A program made the translations under genes and the position numbers. DNA of 64,000 nucleotides from Octopus sinensis (lineage: Eukaryota), in contig NC_043006.1 of the NCBI RefSeq assembly GCF_006345805.1, positions 8,866,001 through 8,930,000 of the forward strand. Direction: 5' to 3'. A model generated the notes under the pieces. The model was not told where the DNA came from. It searched no databases and was given only the letters and a program-made list of their open reading frames with translations. Below are positions 13,390-28,920 of this stretch, one piece after another; position 1 is the stretch's first letter; the number at the start of each line of letters is the position of its first letter.

Positions 13390-13612
13390 ACTCTTTTACT
13401 CTTTACTCTTTTACTTGTTTCAGTAATTTGACTGCGGCCATGCTGGAGCACCGTCTTTAATCGAGCAACTCCACCCTGGGACTTATTCTTTGTAAGCCCA
13501 GTACTTATTCTATCGGTCTCTTTGCCGAACCGCTAAGTGACGGGGACGTAAACACACCAGCATCGGTTGTCAAGCAATGCTAGGGCGACAAACACAGACA
13601 CACAAAGATACA

Positions 13613-13674
<62 letters not shown>

Positions 13675-13839
13675 TACGACAGGCTTCTTTCAGTTTCCGT
13701 CTACCAAATCCACTCACAAGGCATTGGTCGGCCCGAGGCTATAGCAGAAGACACTTGCCCAAGATGCAACGCAGTGGGACTTAACCCGGAACCATGTGGT
13801 TGGTAAGCAAGCTACTTACCACACAGCCACTCCTGCGCC
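13390..13839 (-). mobile_element. SINE family 2
   Basis: Full-length match to 8965-9445. Confidence 0.92.
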
Positions 13840-14201
13840 TATTGCAAGAAATAAGTGTTAAACAGACCTAATCCAGTAAGAAGTGCACAATATGCATACA
13901 CTGACAGGGGAGATAACCACACGCTGAGCGTCGCTGATATTACTAGCCTAGAGTATTTTCACCAATCTGTCGTAGGCTCGTCATTATTGACTACTCAAAT
14001 GCTTGACTGTTTAGCTAAATGCGGCTCTTAATAAATATATTTTTGCCACAAAAATCTACGGCTCATTTGGCGTATTGCTATTGCATATATTAAAACTGAA
14101 TAGAAAAGGGCTATGTGCAATATGATAACATCGACGTTAATTATTACTGAGGGTTATCCATCTCTCTCCCTCTTGCACACACACACGTACGCGCGCAAAC
14201 A

Positions 14202-14232
<31 letters not shown>

Positions 14233-14265
14233 GCATATATATATATATATATGCGTGTGTATATA

Positions 14266-14678
14266 TACTCTTTTTTACTTATTTCAGTCATTTGACTGCG
14301 GCCATGCTGGAGCACCGCCTTTAATCGAGCAACTCGACCCCGGGACTTATTCTTTTGTAAGTCCAGTACTTATTCTATCGGTCTCTTTTGCCGAACCGCT
14401 AAGTAACGGGGACATAAACACACCAGCATCGGTTGTCAAGCAATGCTAGGGGACAAACACAGACACACACAAACACACATACACACACACACATATATAT
14501 ATATATACATATATACGACAGGCTTCTTTCAGTTTCCGTCTACCAAATCCACTCACAAGGCATTGGTTGGCCCGGGGCTATAGTAGAAGACACTTGCCCA
14601 AGATGCCACGCAGTGGGACTGAACCCGGAACCATGTGGTTTCTTAGCAAGCTACTTACCACACAGCCACTCCTGCGCC
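14266..14678 (-). mobile_element. SINE family 2
   Basis: Full-length match to 8965-9445. Confidence 0.92.
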
Positions 14679-15154
14679 TATACAATCGGGTACTTAATTT
14701 ATATGCATCAGGAAGTGTAGATTTTATACTCAAACCACCACCTTCAGTTTGGATTAATATACTGGTTAATGAAGCAATCTAGTGCGATATTCACGCAGTG
14801 TATGCAGAAAAATTCTATCGCTACGAACATTCAACACCTATGGACTGGTCCAAATCGCGCGTTTAGTGAACCACACGGTGTTTGGTATAATCTAGGACGT
14901 CAAAACGGGTCCTGAATCACTTTTCTGTATTATTAGGAAAGGAAAATAACAGACGATGGAGAAATTTCAGTCTATCACATATATTTCTTGCCTATATTTA
15001 ACTTGGAGTGTGAGCAAATTACATCCTAGTAGAAAACAACCATCATCAGATGATATATATAATTTCAAAACAATAGAACATTCCATGTACGCCATGAGAG
15101 CGCTTTTATTTGAGGAGGGTTCATATATATTTTGGGCTATACATATATATAATT

Positions 15155-15165
15155 ACTACAACTAC

Positions 15166-15225
<60 letters not shown>

Positions 15226-15291
15226 CACTACCGCCGCCACCACCACCACCACCACCACCACCACCACCACTACTAATACTACTACCACCAT

Positions 15292-15335
<44 letters not shown>

Positions 15336-15450
15336 ATGATGATGATGATGATGATGATGATGACAATGACAACGATGATGACGACGATGATGACGATGAG
15401 GATGATGATTACGACGATAATGTCGACGATGATAATGATGATGATGATAT
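15155..15450. repeat. Compound (CTA)n-(CCA)n-(GAT)n array
   Basis: Read directly from the sequence. It gives the poly-T/poly-D ORF. Confidence 0.92.
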
Positions 15451-15645
15451 TTCGAATATAAAAATTACTTCTTGAGATGTCACTATATGAGAGGAAAACC
15501 GATTATAGTAGTGGCTAGATCAATTCCTAGCGATATCAGAAGAAGTAATTTTTATATTCCGAAATATTATTATGTCAGATATGGATAATATATCATAACA
15601 TTTATTATAGTCCTCTGTACATTGTTGTGCCGCTCAAGACACGTT

Positions 15646-15695
<50 letters not shown>

Positions 15696-15698
<3 letters not shown>

Positions 15699-16185
15699 GG
15701 ATTGGAAAAATAATGGAAAGCCCTATCATCATAGCATAAGATTTTTTTTATTTAATGTTAGTGTTGTTTAATATGTTTAATAAGTTTCTGTTTCTTTTCA
15801 GCTATCTTCAGAAAATGATGATTAAAATTCATTAAAATAACAGACCTATCGGATTTCCAAAGAGGTCAAACTATTGGTACTCGTATTGCGGGCACTAGCA
15901 TAACGAAAACAGACGAAGTGTTTGTTATATCAAGAAGTACTGTCTCGAATGTAATAACACCCTTTGAGAAAGATGGGTAATCCTCCTCTTTGAAACAAAA
16001 CACCGGAAGGAAACCAAAACTTTCAGATAAGAACCGTCGGACTCTTACACAAATTGTTAGAATGGCTCACAAAAATACGGCTCCCAAAATTACTGCAGAG
16101 GTTAATGGCCACTTCGAGAACCAAGTTTCCATAATTACTGTTCACCGGCAGCTACATAAAGCCGGATTTCAAGGGGAGTTATAAA
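15696..16185 (+). mobile_element. Tc1-like DNA transposon, 5' remnant
   Basis: TA|CAGGG-TTGGAAAAATAATGGAAA terminus. Paired-like DNA-binding domain LSDFQRGQTIG..SRSTVS..GRKPKLSDKNRRTL..VHRQLHKAGF. No right TIR seen. Confidence 0.85.
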
Positions 16186-17146
16186 CAAATGTGATAAAAC
16201 GAATCACATTTACGTTATATTTATCAGCAATCTAACTGTTCCAGAATTTGAAAAATTTACAGCCCAGGAACATCATTCATGTCCTTTATATCTCTTTCCA
16301 CAATAATAATTTTGCTTATGCATATTGAACAGAATCTGGTTAATTATTCAAACTGTTTCACATTTCATCGTTATTGAGTTGTCAATATTCAAAAGAAATG
16401 ACATGATATCGGAAACTAATGTTAGTATTATCAAAAATTTAGTATTGTAATCTATTTGTGAGGACTATTTACTCATAATCAGAATTAAGATATAGCAGAC
16501 ACCTAAATGATACAAACTTAAATTGACATTCACTTATAAGAAACACACATTTGTCATTAGTCATATTCTGGTGTCCATCGATCATAATGTAACACCAATA
16601 ACTAAGATAAAGTGGCTACTATATCTTTGTGTTGAATGGTATGTGACTTAATGGCCGAAATACGCTATAATTCTTTTTAATCATAAGCGTGGTATCATAA
16701 AGATGTTGATATACTGGAAACGCATTTCTTAATCATCCAAATATAGCATTCAATAAAGTTTACGAATATTTGAAACCACTTATTGATTGATATATAATAT
16801 TGTTTTCAAGCAGCTGGGGGTCAATGAAATCTCATTCAAATATGCAAGAAATTTACTTTAAGTCGCCACAAGCTTATCGATATAATGGGTTAGTATCGAA
16901 ATATTGTGCAAATACAAATTGCCACTAAAAGATAGAATGTGAAATACATATGTGTAGCCATACAAATGTTGTTGGAGACCAATTCTATACAAGAATTATG
17001 TAATAAATATGGATAGAATGAAGATCAAGATAAAGAAAACAACACACATTTTAACGGGATTTTAGTTTTATAATTCGGTTGAGGTAGATTTAGATACACA
17101 CTAACACAATCAAATTACGTATGAATGTGTATATTATATACACATA

Positions 17147-17543
17147 GGCGCGGGAGTGGCTGTGTGTTAAGTAGCTTGCTAACCAACCACATGGTTCTGG
17201 GTTCAGTCCCACTGCGTGGCATCTTGGGCGAGTGTCTTCTGCTATAGCCCCGGGCCTTGTGAGTGGATTTGGTAGACGGAAACTGAAAGAAGCCTGTCGT
17301 ATATATGTATATATATGTATGTGTGTGTGTTTGTGTGTCTATGTTTGTTCCCCTAGCATTGCTTGACAACCGATGCTGGTGTGTTTACGTCCCCGTCACT
17401 TAGCGGTTCGGCAAAAAGAGACCGATTGAATAAGTACTGGGCTTACAAAAAGAATAAGTCCCGGGGTCGAGATGCTCGACTAAAGGCGGTGCCTCAGCAT
17501 GGCCGCAGTCAAATGACTGAAACAAGTAAAAGAGTAAAAGAGT
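17147..17543 (+). mobile_element. SINE family 2
   Basis: GGCGCGGGAGTGGCTGTGTGTTAAG head through the AAAAGAGT tail. Confidence 0.92.
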
Positions 17544-18257
17544 ATATATGTGTGTGTATGCATATGTATACATGTATATTTGTATATACATATATATATA
17601 TACGTACATACTTGTGTCTGTGTGCAAAGATGCATGCATATAAGTAGATGGACAGATAGATAGAAAAAATAGAGATATAACAAGATACAAAACAAGTAAT
17701 TTTTTATGGTGCAATTCGATATGAATAACATATTAAAGCCATTATCCGTAAGAAACTGTTTATTATAAATCCGGTTTCGCTGTATATAAAGCTATGTGGT
17801 AGGAAGCCATAATCAATTATTATTTATATTTCTAGTTCACTTTCAATAAAATAGATTACAGGCGAAGTCACTTTCGTATTATCTCTCAAAAACTCTTCTA
17901 TTTCCCCAAAGACTCAGTAAATGTTTAAATGTTGATTGTTAATGGATGATATTAAAGGAAAGAGATACTTTAAGAAAGATAAGCCGTTAATAAATCAAAC
18001 TGTCATAAGACAGAGAATCTTTTAATTTTTATGAAACAGGAACTGACAATAACAAATGCCTGAGAAGAAAGCGAAAATATATATTCACGTTCTTGCTTTT
18101 ATGTCTTAATCAATCTAATGTGTCTAAAAGAAATCCGACACATACTTACATAAATAACCACATATGCGTGTACATAAACAAATATACATGCATATATAAG
18201 AGGGATAGAAAGATATCTCCATATACATAGATATATACATACATACATACATAGATA

Positions 18258-18292
<35 letters not shown>

Positions 18293-18366
18293 TATATAGA
18301 TATGTATATATTATATATATATACATACATACATATGTATTTATATATATATAATATTATATATAT

Positions 18367-18409
<43 letters not shown>

Positions 18410-19901
18410 ATAATATACATATATATGTATATATACATATTTATATATATATATATGTATATAAGTTATATATATATATTGTCAGAATCAAGATTAAACT
18501 AAATCTCTTTTCTATTGATGTCTAAATATTTTTGAAGCGTTTTCCATTGTTTAAATGTTTAATGCTGATCCACTTGTTTGTTTCTCAGTTGATAAATACA
18601 TGACACCATAACTAAAATCTGCCGCTTATAGTCGAACAGTAGTGAATAATGGCAATATTTGTCAAGAGTTTTCTTTTCTTTTTCACAGTACAGTGCAACA
18701 TTTTCACTCAAATTCAAGTTAGCTATTTACGATAGAGACAGAATTGAACCATGCAGAAGATAATTCAAATAGCTTTAGTGCATTTAAAACATTCACTCAG
18801 CGAATATTAGGATATACACATTAAATAATACCATCAGATAAACCCAGTTTGATAGATGAGAGAAAATTATTCGGCTTTCAGAATAATTTGTTTATGTGTA
18901 TTACCCAGGGAGATGTATGGTGCATATATTAATAACTGGTTAATAAGCTGGAGGCACGAAACATACGTGCCTACATGCCCGTGTATGTATGCATGGATAG
19001 TTGGATGGAAGGATATATGGATTGATGCATGAATGCATGGATGCATGAATATATGGATGGATTGATGCAGGCACACATACATGCACATATGTGTGTGCCT
19101 ACTTGTTGTTTTTCGGCTTGTAGTTATTTCAATGTTTCCACTGAGAAAGGAAATGATTTCTAACGAACATACAAATCTCCAACTTGGAATGTACATGACA
19201 AGTAGATGTCACATTTTAAAATTGGGAAAAATCTAGCATATTTCTACTGATCCAATTACATATCTATTTGAACTTTTCGAGTTGGCTGGCTTATTTATCT
19301 TTCTAGCTTCGACAAGAATATGATCACAAAAATTGTGAGAATCCTCTCTTCATCGAACGAAAATTACAATTTCATTAGTATACACTATATAACTATTTCT
19401 GAGATGCTTAACTACTATAAAATGTGAAATTTCAGTCAATATATATGAATGCACTTCCAGTTAGAACAAGTTAAATGAATTTATTTGAAAGCTATTATTT
19501 GCAAGAGTAACTACATGATTGTAATGCGACGTCAATACTAACACTCTGAAAATTTGAGTCTTGATGTGTCAAGAAGCACAATCACATATATAATATATAA
19601 TATTATTATATATTATATATATATTATATATATATAATATATATATATTACTATATATATATATATATATAATCAAAAGGGTAATAATATAGATTACTAC
19701 CAGGGGCCCACACAAGGATGGAATTAGTCGTTAGACAAAATATTATTCATATAGAAATATAATTAAGTGCTCCTAAATAAGGATGCCCAGTGCTAGGGAC
19801 ACAAAAAGGGGTTAAATTTATCGAGAGTGAAAATCAAAAATTTACCATAACATATATATCTATACATATATATATATATATATATAATATAATATATATA
19901 T

Positions 19902-19936
<35 letters not shown>

Positions 19937-21854
19937 TATTTTATATTTATATATGTATATATATATATTATATATATATTAATATTATATATATATATGT
20001 ATATATATATACATGTGTATGTATGTATGCATGTATTTAAATATCTGTGTCTATATAGTAAGAGAAATTAGCAAGATAGAGATAAAGATAGGCAAATAGA
20101 GAGAATGAGTTTTATGCATGCATATATGCAAGTGTGGATGTATGTACATATGCGATGCATTTACTGAGGTAACGTTGTCTGCGTTCTTGTAGACTGCATC
20201 CATAAATCATTTTTCTCTTTTGTTTTGTTAAATCAATTCCTTCCTTGTAAAGTGTTTTTCGATTTTTGATTCACTTTTATGTTTTCTCCCCAGACAAGAA
20301 ATGCTTTCACAATTATGTTTATAATCAATATTGGAGAACTTGTTTTAAAAATCATACGAGTTTGGATGCATCTTAAAGCCGCAGGATATATTCCTACTTG
20401 TGTAGATCGTGATATTCTTTTCAGACCACTTATTCATATCATGAAGAGAACTTCATATTGTCAGGATTGTCCGTCGGAATATTTTCTATTACATTTACAT
20501 TCGGGCAATAAGAGAGTAAACTTGTACTTTATGTATTTCGTCTTAAAGACCACCTTCTGGGCACATCACTGATAGATCTGCCGGTAGTAACCTAAAATAT
20601 AGAATTCCAAAGGACAAGGAAGCCACTAGATGCAACAGTTAGTAGAATACTGACTGGTGGGAATTAAAAGAAATGTTCTCAATTTGATTTGTAGTATTAT
20701 TTCCTTTTAATATTTACCGAATTAGTATAATATAATAGGTTGTGCGAATAGGATGTTTTAATAGAATACTTAGTTTTCAACACATTAATTGAAACAAGAT
20801 CCTTTTTGTTCTCTTAATTTCCATCATGTGTTCATATCTCGCTTGCATAAAAAAATATATATGCTTAGTAATTGAGTGTGAATTGAAGCTTTAATAATAC
20901 CGTCTAATTAAAATTCATGCGGCTGGATTTATTAGGTGAATTCACACTCAATTAAGCACATCTCTTCTGCATTTAGTAGGTCAAATGCCTCGGTTAAACA
21001 ATAACTTTGATTTAAAGTATGGCAATATCTCAGACCTATGTTGTTCGGCTAAATGTCAGTTTATTCTTTCGTGTAAGCCGCAACAGCCAATGAAATACGC
21101 TACGGATGCATCTAAATAAAACAAATTTAGTTGTCTGCCAGTGCTGTTTTACTTATCTAGCTACTGTTGCGCTGTAAATTACTGTGATCACAAATCGATA
21201 GCAAATTATGATTACAAAAGATCAAATAAATGCTTTTAGGCATCGTAAGACTGCATTGAAACAAATATGTACACGACTTTTTTCATGCCATTTTGTTACA
21301 CATTAACAAATACTACTTGTTAGTGTTTTATATCAAATATTTTTAAGATTTTCTTGTCTTCTAAAACTTCTAAAAATTCAAGAAGACGATGTGACCAAAG
21401 ATTTGGATAACATATGTTACAGTGAATTTGTGACAATCCATTATTACGGAGAGACGTGTCCAGACATTAAGATACTCTGGCAAACATTTATAGGTTATTT
21501 ACTAAAATACAAATGTAAAACAATATTGTACTGTATTCCATACACCAATTCAAGCACTTCTCAACTTACAGCATATTCTTTTTGAGCTATCGGCTATAAG
21601 TCGATGTGGATATGACTCGAATACCAAAATAAATTGGAGTTTTATATAAGCCCTAGCTGAAACTGTGCCTTCCAAAATGACTGCTAATTGTAATATTTTA
21701 TATATAAATAAGATATAAAGTAAGGTACATAATAAACACAGATACAAACATTAACATATGTCCCTTGTACATGCACACACACACACACTCATTACATACC
21801 TTCCTTTTACATACGCACAAAAGAACACTATGTATGTATATATCTATCTATATA

Positions 21855-21895
<41 letters not shown>

Positions 21896-22696
21896 ATCTA
21901 TCTATATATATCTATATATATATATATACATATATAGACACAAATATATAAAAACAACACTGCGCTCATTATTATATTAGGAGATTACTTCAAGTGGTGA
22001 ATTTCAATATATTTTAATGTTGAGTCGTCTATATGCAGTTAAACAGTTCCTTATATTATTCGACAATAATATACTTCAGTATCAGTAATTTAGTTGACCT
22101 TATTTAAAGAAGTGCTACCTGAACGATACAAAAGAATCTTCAAACAGGTGTCCTCGAACACACTTCATATCTACTCATATCTATAATGTCTATAATACGG
22201 ACCTATGAGCTACAATTTTGTTATTTATAATGGTGCATGATTCAATGAGGAAAAATATCTGCAGAATCACAAATAATTCATTTGCTTGATCGTTTGTAAT
22301 AGCATTTTATATGCAATAATTGATTACATAAGTGATACAAAATCCTCAGAATTTATTCGAATTTCGTTTACGTAACAGCTAAGATATCTGAAATAAATTG
22401 CAGCTGCTTGCGTTTTGCGAAGCGTTGTATCGATTAACTTACTGTGTTTAATGGCCTTTCTTTTTAATAATTAGGTATTTTCTTTTCAATAGAAGTATGC
22501 GTTCAAATTATCTCAAATTATAACCAATGTGTTCAAAGAATTTAAAAGAAAAAAATGCAATAATATATCGTTTTCATTTTCTGTCTCAATATCCTAACAC
22601 GCGAAGACAAAATATAATTGAACTGCATTTGCGTGTGACTATGCTCGCGCTGTCTAACATACAAACACGCACACAACGACCCACAATGTCACATAG

Positions 22697-22739
<43 letters not shown>

Positions 22740-22741
22740 GA

Positions 22742-22824
22742 TCAAATATGAAATACTCTACCAAAGCCATTCTATTTCTCATTCTTTAGACGTGTGTATA
22801 TATATGTGTATATATATATATATA

Positions 22825-22895
<71 letters not shown>

Positions 22896-22941
22896 CATAT
22901 ACGTCTAATAGAATGTCTTTGGCACAGTATTTCATATTTGA
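22742..22941. repeat. Imperfect inverted repeat centred on a (TA)n tract
   Basis: 22742-22793 pairs with 22901-22941, with 3 mismatches and one gap of about 10 nt. Confidence 0.75.
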
Positions 22942-23768
22942 AAAATGAATTGATCAAATAGAAATGGTTTTTAGATAATTTTTCCCCTTTAATAATTCCG
23001 AGTCTTGCATATCCATTTCTGCATACTGTAATGTTCGTCAGTTATTAGGTGTTTGCAAGAAATGATTTTGATATGAGTTTATCGCTCAAAAGTAGATTTC
23101 AAACTTTTAGAATGCTATTCACTGATTGTATAGGGAATTTCTTTAATTATAAACATTCACACATTCCAATACCAACACACAAATACTCTTGCACACAGAC
23201 ACACATACATGCACAGCCATATATGTGTATTCATTCACATATATTGATATACATTTATATACAGGTGGTGCTTTTAAGTTAGACATGGCCTGGACCAATC
23301 TCTGGTCGAAACATATCTAAGTTTATACACACATAAACATGTGTGTATATAAAAATGTAGGATGAGGTTTAAGTTCATCAAGAATGAATAAATTTAATTT
23401 TGGATTTGGTCATTTTGGTATGATAGGGTTTAATGACAAACGTACCTGCTAGCAAGATTACTTACCAATATTGTCACAAACGCTCCTATATTGTGTGTGT
23501 GTAGGTGCGCGTGCATGTGTCTATATGTGTGTGTGTGTGTGTTTACTTATCTATATACCTGTTTACTATGTATATGCATGTGTGAGTGAGCGTGTGTACG
23601 TTGGTGTTGGTATGTATGTTTGTAACTAAACAGGTATTTAATCAAAGGATAACAAATTCGAATCTATTTTAAGCAAGAAACTCCTACGAGAATAATCTGT
23701 AGTAAACAGGTAATAATATATAAACAACAATTTATTGAAATGGAAATTTTTTCAGGAAAGTCATTGTG

Positions 23769-23812
<44 letters not shown>

Positions 23813-25334
23813 ATATATGTATGTATATATATACATATATAAACATGCATATATATATGTATATATATAAACCTATATACATATATATACATCCATATAT
23901 ATATATATATTATATATATATAATACATAATATATATATATATAATATATATATATATATATTATTATATATATATATATATATACATATATATCTGCAT
24001 GTATGTCGTATGTATATATGTATATGCAGCCCGCGCACACACACATATACAAGGAAAGAAATATAAGGGGAGCGTTGAGTTACATAGATATCTCAAAGAC
24101 TGAATAAAAAGATCACCACAAACGGAAAAATTTGACGAAATCCTAACAAACGGATTATGTGGCATAGAACGGGCAATTTTTAGCTGCTTCCTCATCAGCT
24201 GTTGTATATGTACAATTATTAATTTTCTGTTGTATTTGTATACTTATGTTTGTGTTGCATACATACAATTGTTATATTACTTTAGTTTGTCTTGTGTGTG
24301 TTTTCTCCATGTCTTCTAATATCCAAGTAGCTTTCTGGTCTGGCGCTGCCAAGACGGAGCGGTATCAATGTTAAAAGCGCGAAACCACTATGATTTCTTT
24401 GAAACTGACTGATGAGGAATCAGATGCGAATTTTTCCTATACTATGTTTTGTCTAAATTTCCAATTAATGTGTTTCTGTAGTACAGTATATGGATACAGG
24501 ATACACTCATGATTAGCATATCCTGTATTCCATTAGAGCAAAAATATTATGCCTGCAGATTATTTCACGACATATATTTAAAATATCGATTGCCACCATC
24601 CATTTCAGACATAAACTAATAATTTTGATAGAACACAAAAGGAATATTTGGTCTGAAATGAACCTTTATAGCTTGGGTTTAATCAAAAGCAAGCAAAATA
24701 CAATTATCTTTGGAATGGAAAGCCAGCAATCTGCTATATCGATATTACCAGTATGAATTAAGCTACATCAGTGTAAAATTTCCATTCACACTATTAACAC
24801 TAATGTGGCAAAATACATCTCTGGAATACTTAGAATGTGTATTTCTACCCGGTGTATTTGCAACAGACGTGATCAAATGTGTCTGAACCAGCATGTTTGC
24901 ATTTGCAACCACGTTCTAAGCGAGACCCTGCGTATTTAGCGAGCAGTTCTTTGACAGCTAATACTGTTCCAAGTTTTTATACGTATTATGAATATGAGAA
25001 ATTGCGGTATTTTAGTCTTAGACAGTTTCAGGTATATATATTAATTCAGGTATAGTCTGGCCAGTGTTTACACGAATAAGCTAGTGATTTATGCCTCGTG
25101 TAAATCAAAATATTTATTTTCGCTCTAGCTTACTCTGGAGTATTCACTTTTGAGGATACCAAATCGGATCGGAACAGGCAATCGTCCAGCATTCTAAGTC
25201 AACTCCTATATCTTGCAGTAGTCATGATCTCTGAGACAGAATGGCATAGCTAGAGCTGATCTAAAGTTGCAGACATCATAAATGTTATAACCGCATCTAT
25301 GTACGTATTTGGGTAGATAAATAGACAGGTGTTA

Positions 25335-25335
25335 T

Positions 25336-25433
<98 letters not shown>

Positions 25434-25466
25434 GGATAGATAGATAGACAGACAGATAGATAGATA
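25335..25466. repeat. (ATAG)n microsatellite
   Basis: Read directly from the sequence. Confidence 0.95.
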
Positions 25467-26646
25467 AATTGCTATACAATGGCGTGGATATATTTGGTGC
25501 TACATATTTCTTAGCTCCTCTATTCTGGTTGGGGTTTACTTAATGGTGGAGATCCAAGTTACTATTTTCCTTTGACTTCATTGTTTCGAGGCAGGTTCAT
25601 CCAGAATCTCACATAAGATTATCTACTGCTGTCACTTAGAAATATTCACATCCATATCATGTACATCTCTAAAGTTACTGTTAAAATATTGAAATGTTGT
25701 AGGAAGTGGGAAACAAACTTATTACTTTATATGTTCACAAATCTAAATGACAAAATACGACGTATGAGAACGTGCAGGTTCTGGCTTTTGATGATCTATC
25801 TTTGTCTATTATAAATGATTTCATGAATTTATGACATAGATGTATTGTCTAACCAGACATTTAGAAATCTAGCTGCTCCCAGGATGCTATGTTCTTGTTG
25901 TAGCTGTCTTTTATAATCATATTGTACACTCGTTGGGTAGCCAACTGAAGAACACCGCCCATCAATTAACTTTTCTTATCATGGCCCTACACCATGGACG
26001 ATATCTCATTTCCTGTTTAGTCACCTTTACAAAATGGATGATTAAATTTGGAAACATTTCGGGAGAGATCCCTCTAATGAATTAGAAGTTTCCCTCTGAA
26101 TCTCTAGTTAACACGTTTACGTGGAAAGTGTATGAAAACAAATTAAAAGTTAATAGTTTGCAGCCACAAAGATAGGAGGAGGTCCAGAATTTAAGTCTAA
26201 TTATATTCTGAAAATATATAGCGTTGTAATCTCTAAATCTATAATTATGTTCATCAGAGGTGTAAATTAATTTCTAAGCCAAATATATTTGTAAAGAACT
26301 AATTTTTTTTAATGAAAAATATTTGCGTTAATAAGGTAAGGACAAGATATATGTCATATATTACAAAAGAATGTTCTAATTCAAATTTCTAAATTAATCA
26401 GTATCAAGATAAGTATATATTGCTTCCTCATTGAATAATTCTATTCCTTTTTCTCATTATCTCTAGCTCAACGACACGCGCACACACAGATGAATAATAT
26501 TCTTTCATTGTTGCATATATACACGCTTGTATTATATATATATATGCACGCTTGTATATATATATATATTTGTAAAGATAAATTCCTCTATTTACGTAAT
26601 ATCGAGTCCTCTTTCATTCTTTTTATGTCTTACCATTTCATCAATA

Positions 26647-26688
<42 letters not shown>

Positions 26689-26707
26689 ATATATAATATA
26701 TATATAT

Positions 26708-26753
<46 letters not shown>

Positions 26754-27404
26754 TATATAATATATATTATATATATGTATATATATATATATATACATAT
26801 ACATAGGGGTTTAATTCACACGTGATCTAAACGGATAGGTATGTTGGGTAAATGGCGTAACAGATTACCAGGGCACCAAGCTCGTAACCGAGACATGACA
26901 TTTGGAACATTGAAATATTCTAGATTTTCTTTTTAATAAATGTGTGTATGTGTATATTGCGGATGTGTTGAAACGTTGACTTCAACAATATTTTTTTTTG
27001 TTGGGGAAGCATACACGAAATGAAGAGTCTATGTAAAATTTCATGGAGAGAGTTCTTTGGTAATTCCATTCTTCTACCGTGTTTCAGGTTTTAAAAATCA
27101 ATTACACTTTCAATTAATTTAAAAGAACATTGAGACTTCAAAACTAGGATAATCATTTAGTGTATAATTCAGGAAAGGCTCATGAGAAAAGATAGAGAAA
27201 TAATTGAGAAATGAGCACCCGTCATGCTGTTGACCATTTATATATTAGGCCATTAATATAGAAGAAAATGTGGTTATAGATACAGTGAAAAACAGGCAAC
27301 TGAGTGCAGGCATATCTTTATTAACCTTTGTCTTATGAGGTACTTTGCGCGCATACCTACATATCTATCTACCTACCAATCTATCTATCTTTTTCCCCCT
27401 TTTA

Positions 27405-27525
27405 CGATCCCTTTTGATCGAAAACCTACGCCACTTTTTTTTTCATCCCCCAAAAGAAAAGCTCTACCTTGTAACTTGGCCCATCTGTGTGCAGCCCTGT
27501 GTGGCCAATAAAGAAACTTATCTAC

Positions 27526-27615
<90 letters not shown>

Positions 27616-27651
27616 CTCTATCTACTTCTCTATCTATCTATATCTATCGAT

Positions 27652-27691
<40 letters not shown>

Positions 27692-27710
27692 TTATCTATA
27701 TGTATGTCTG
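27405..27710 (+). repeat. SINE-like 3' tail followed by (ATCT)n
   Basis: CCCTGTGTGGCCAATAAAGAAA resembles the family 1 tail CCCCTTGTGGGTAGTAAAGAAA. An ATCT run follows. Confidence 0.55.
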
Positions 27711-27796
27711 CTTGTCTGTCTGTCTATCTCTCTCTCTCTATCTTATTTATTATGTATATATGTATCTGCATATATGTATGTATATGCATATATGTA

Positions 27797-27835
<39 letters not shown>

Positions 27836-28436
27836 TAGTGCGTGCGTGAAAATATATTCGTATATAACTGTGAATACGCGACAAGTATAGGAATGCCTGT
27901 TTGGATTGGAATTCAATAGATGCACACTATGGAAATAAAGATATATAGAAATATGGAGTTACCCTTTACGTTTCTACAAGCAATTTTCATTTATGACTAT
28001 TTCGATACCTTTTTTTGCATAGCTAATAATTTATTTTATATTTCTACTAATTCAAAACCTATTCCAATTGTTTTAAACATGCAACATTTAAATGTGATCA
28101 ATGAGAAGTTATTACCCTTGAATGTGCAAAGTTTGTGATACATAATTATGCATGAATGGTGAATTGCTTTATATCATGCGTTATTACCCCACCCCACCTC
28201 ACTCCCAGATTATTTTAGGCAATGATGATAAAGCATGATTTAATTTTGTCCCTGAAACTCTTTCTGAATAATCGTAATCTTTAAACTTTTGGTGGTATGT
28301 TTCCGACAAAATTTAACACCTGATTTATACGCAGAGCTGAAATTTCTCCATACGATTCACTTGGTAATGCAAGCAAATAACACCACCACCACCAACAACA
28401 ACAATAATGATGATGATAATAATAATAATAATAATA

Positions 28437-28480
<44 letters not shown>

Positions 28481-28482
<2 letters not shown>

Positions 28483-28910
28483 GACCTACCAAAAACTAAG
28501 CAAATATAAAGATCTTGGAATAGAAATCCGCAAAATGTGGAACCTGAAGACTAAAACAATACCTGTTGTCATAGGTGCCCTGGGAATGATAGCGAAAGGG
28601 GCAGATTGCTACCTAACTCAGATACCAGGAAACACAAAAATGGCAGAAATTCAAAAAATAGTGCTCATATCCTACGCAAAATGCTTTCTATGTAATCTCA
28701 AGGTTTAAAATAAACATTTTTTATTTTTTATTTTTTTTCAGACATCCATCAGTACAACACAAAAAACAACCAAATATATGGCACACTAGGCATAACAACA
28801 ACGCGAACTTCCAACCTGTTGTCTCTTGAGGTCTCTGGGTGAGACTTGGAGCCAACTTGTACAAATATAAAGCAAAATCAAACATATAATAATAATAATA
28901 ATAATAATAA
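28481..28910 (+). mobile_element. 5'-truncated R4/Dong-like LINE (family B) between (AAT)n tracts
   Basis: [35 protein letters not shown] plus a 3' UTR matching 56914-57400. AAT runs on both sides. Confidence 0.92.
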
Positions 28911-28920
28911 TGATATTAAT

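Noticed and set aside
23280-23325. GACC-loop-GGTC-GAAA-CATATC-TA as a hammerhead
   Set aside because: Only the 3' half is present, with no CUGANGA. At most it is a decayed relic.
24130-24440. Two divergent CTGATGAGGAA motifs as hammerheads
   Set aside because: No stem II partner followed by GAAA on the same strand.
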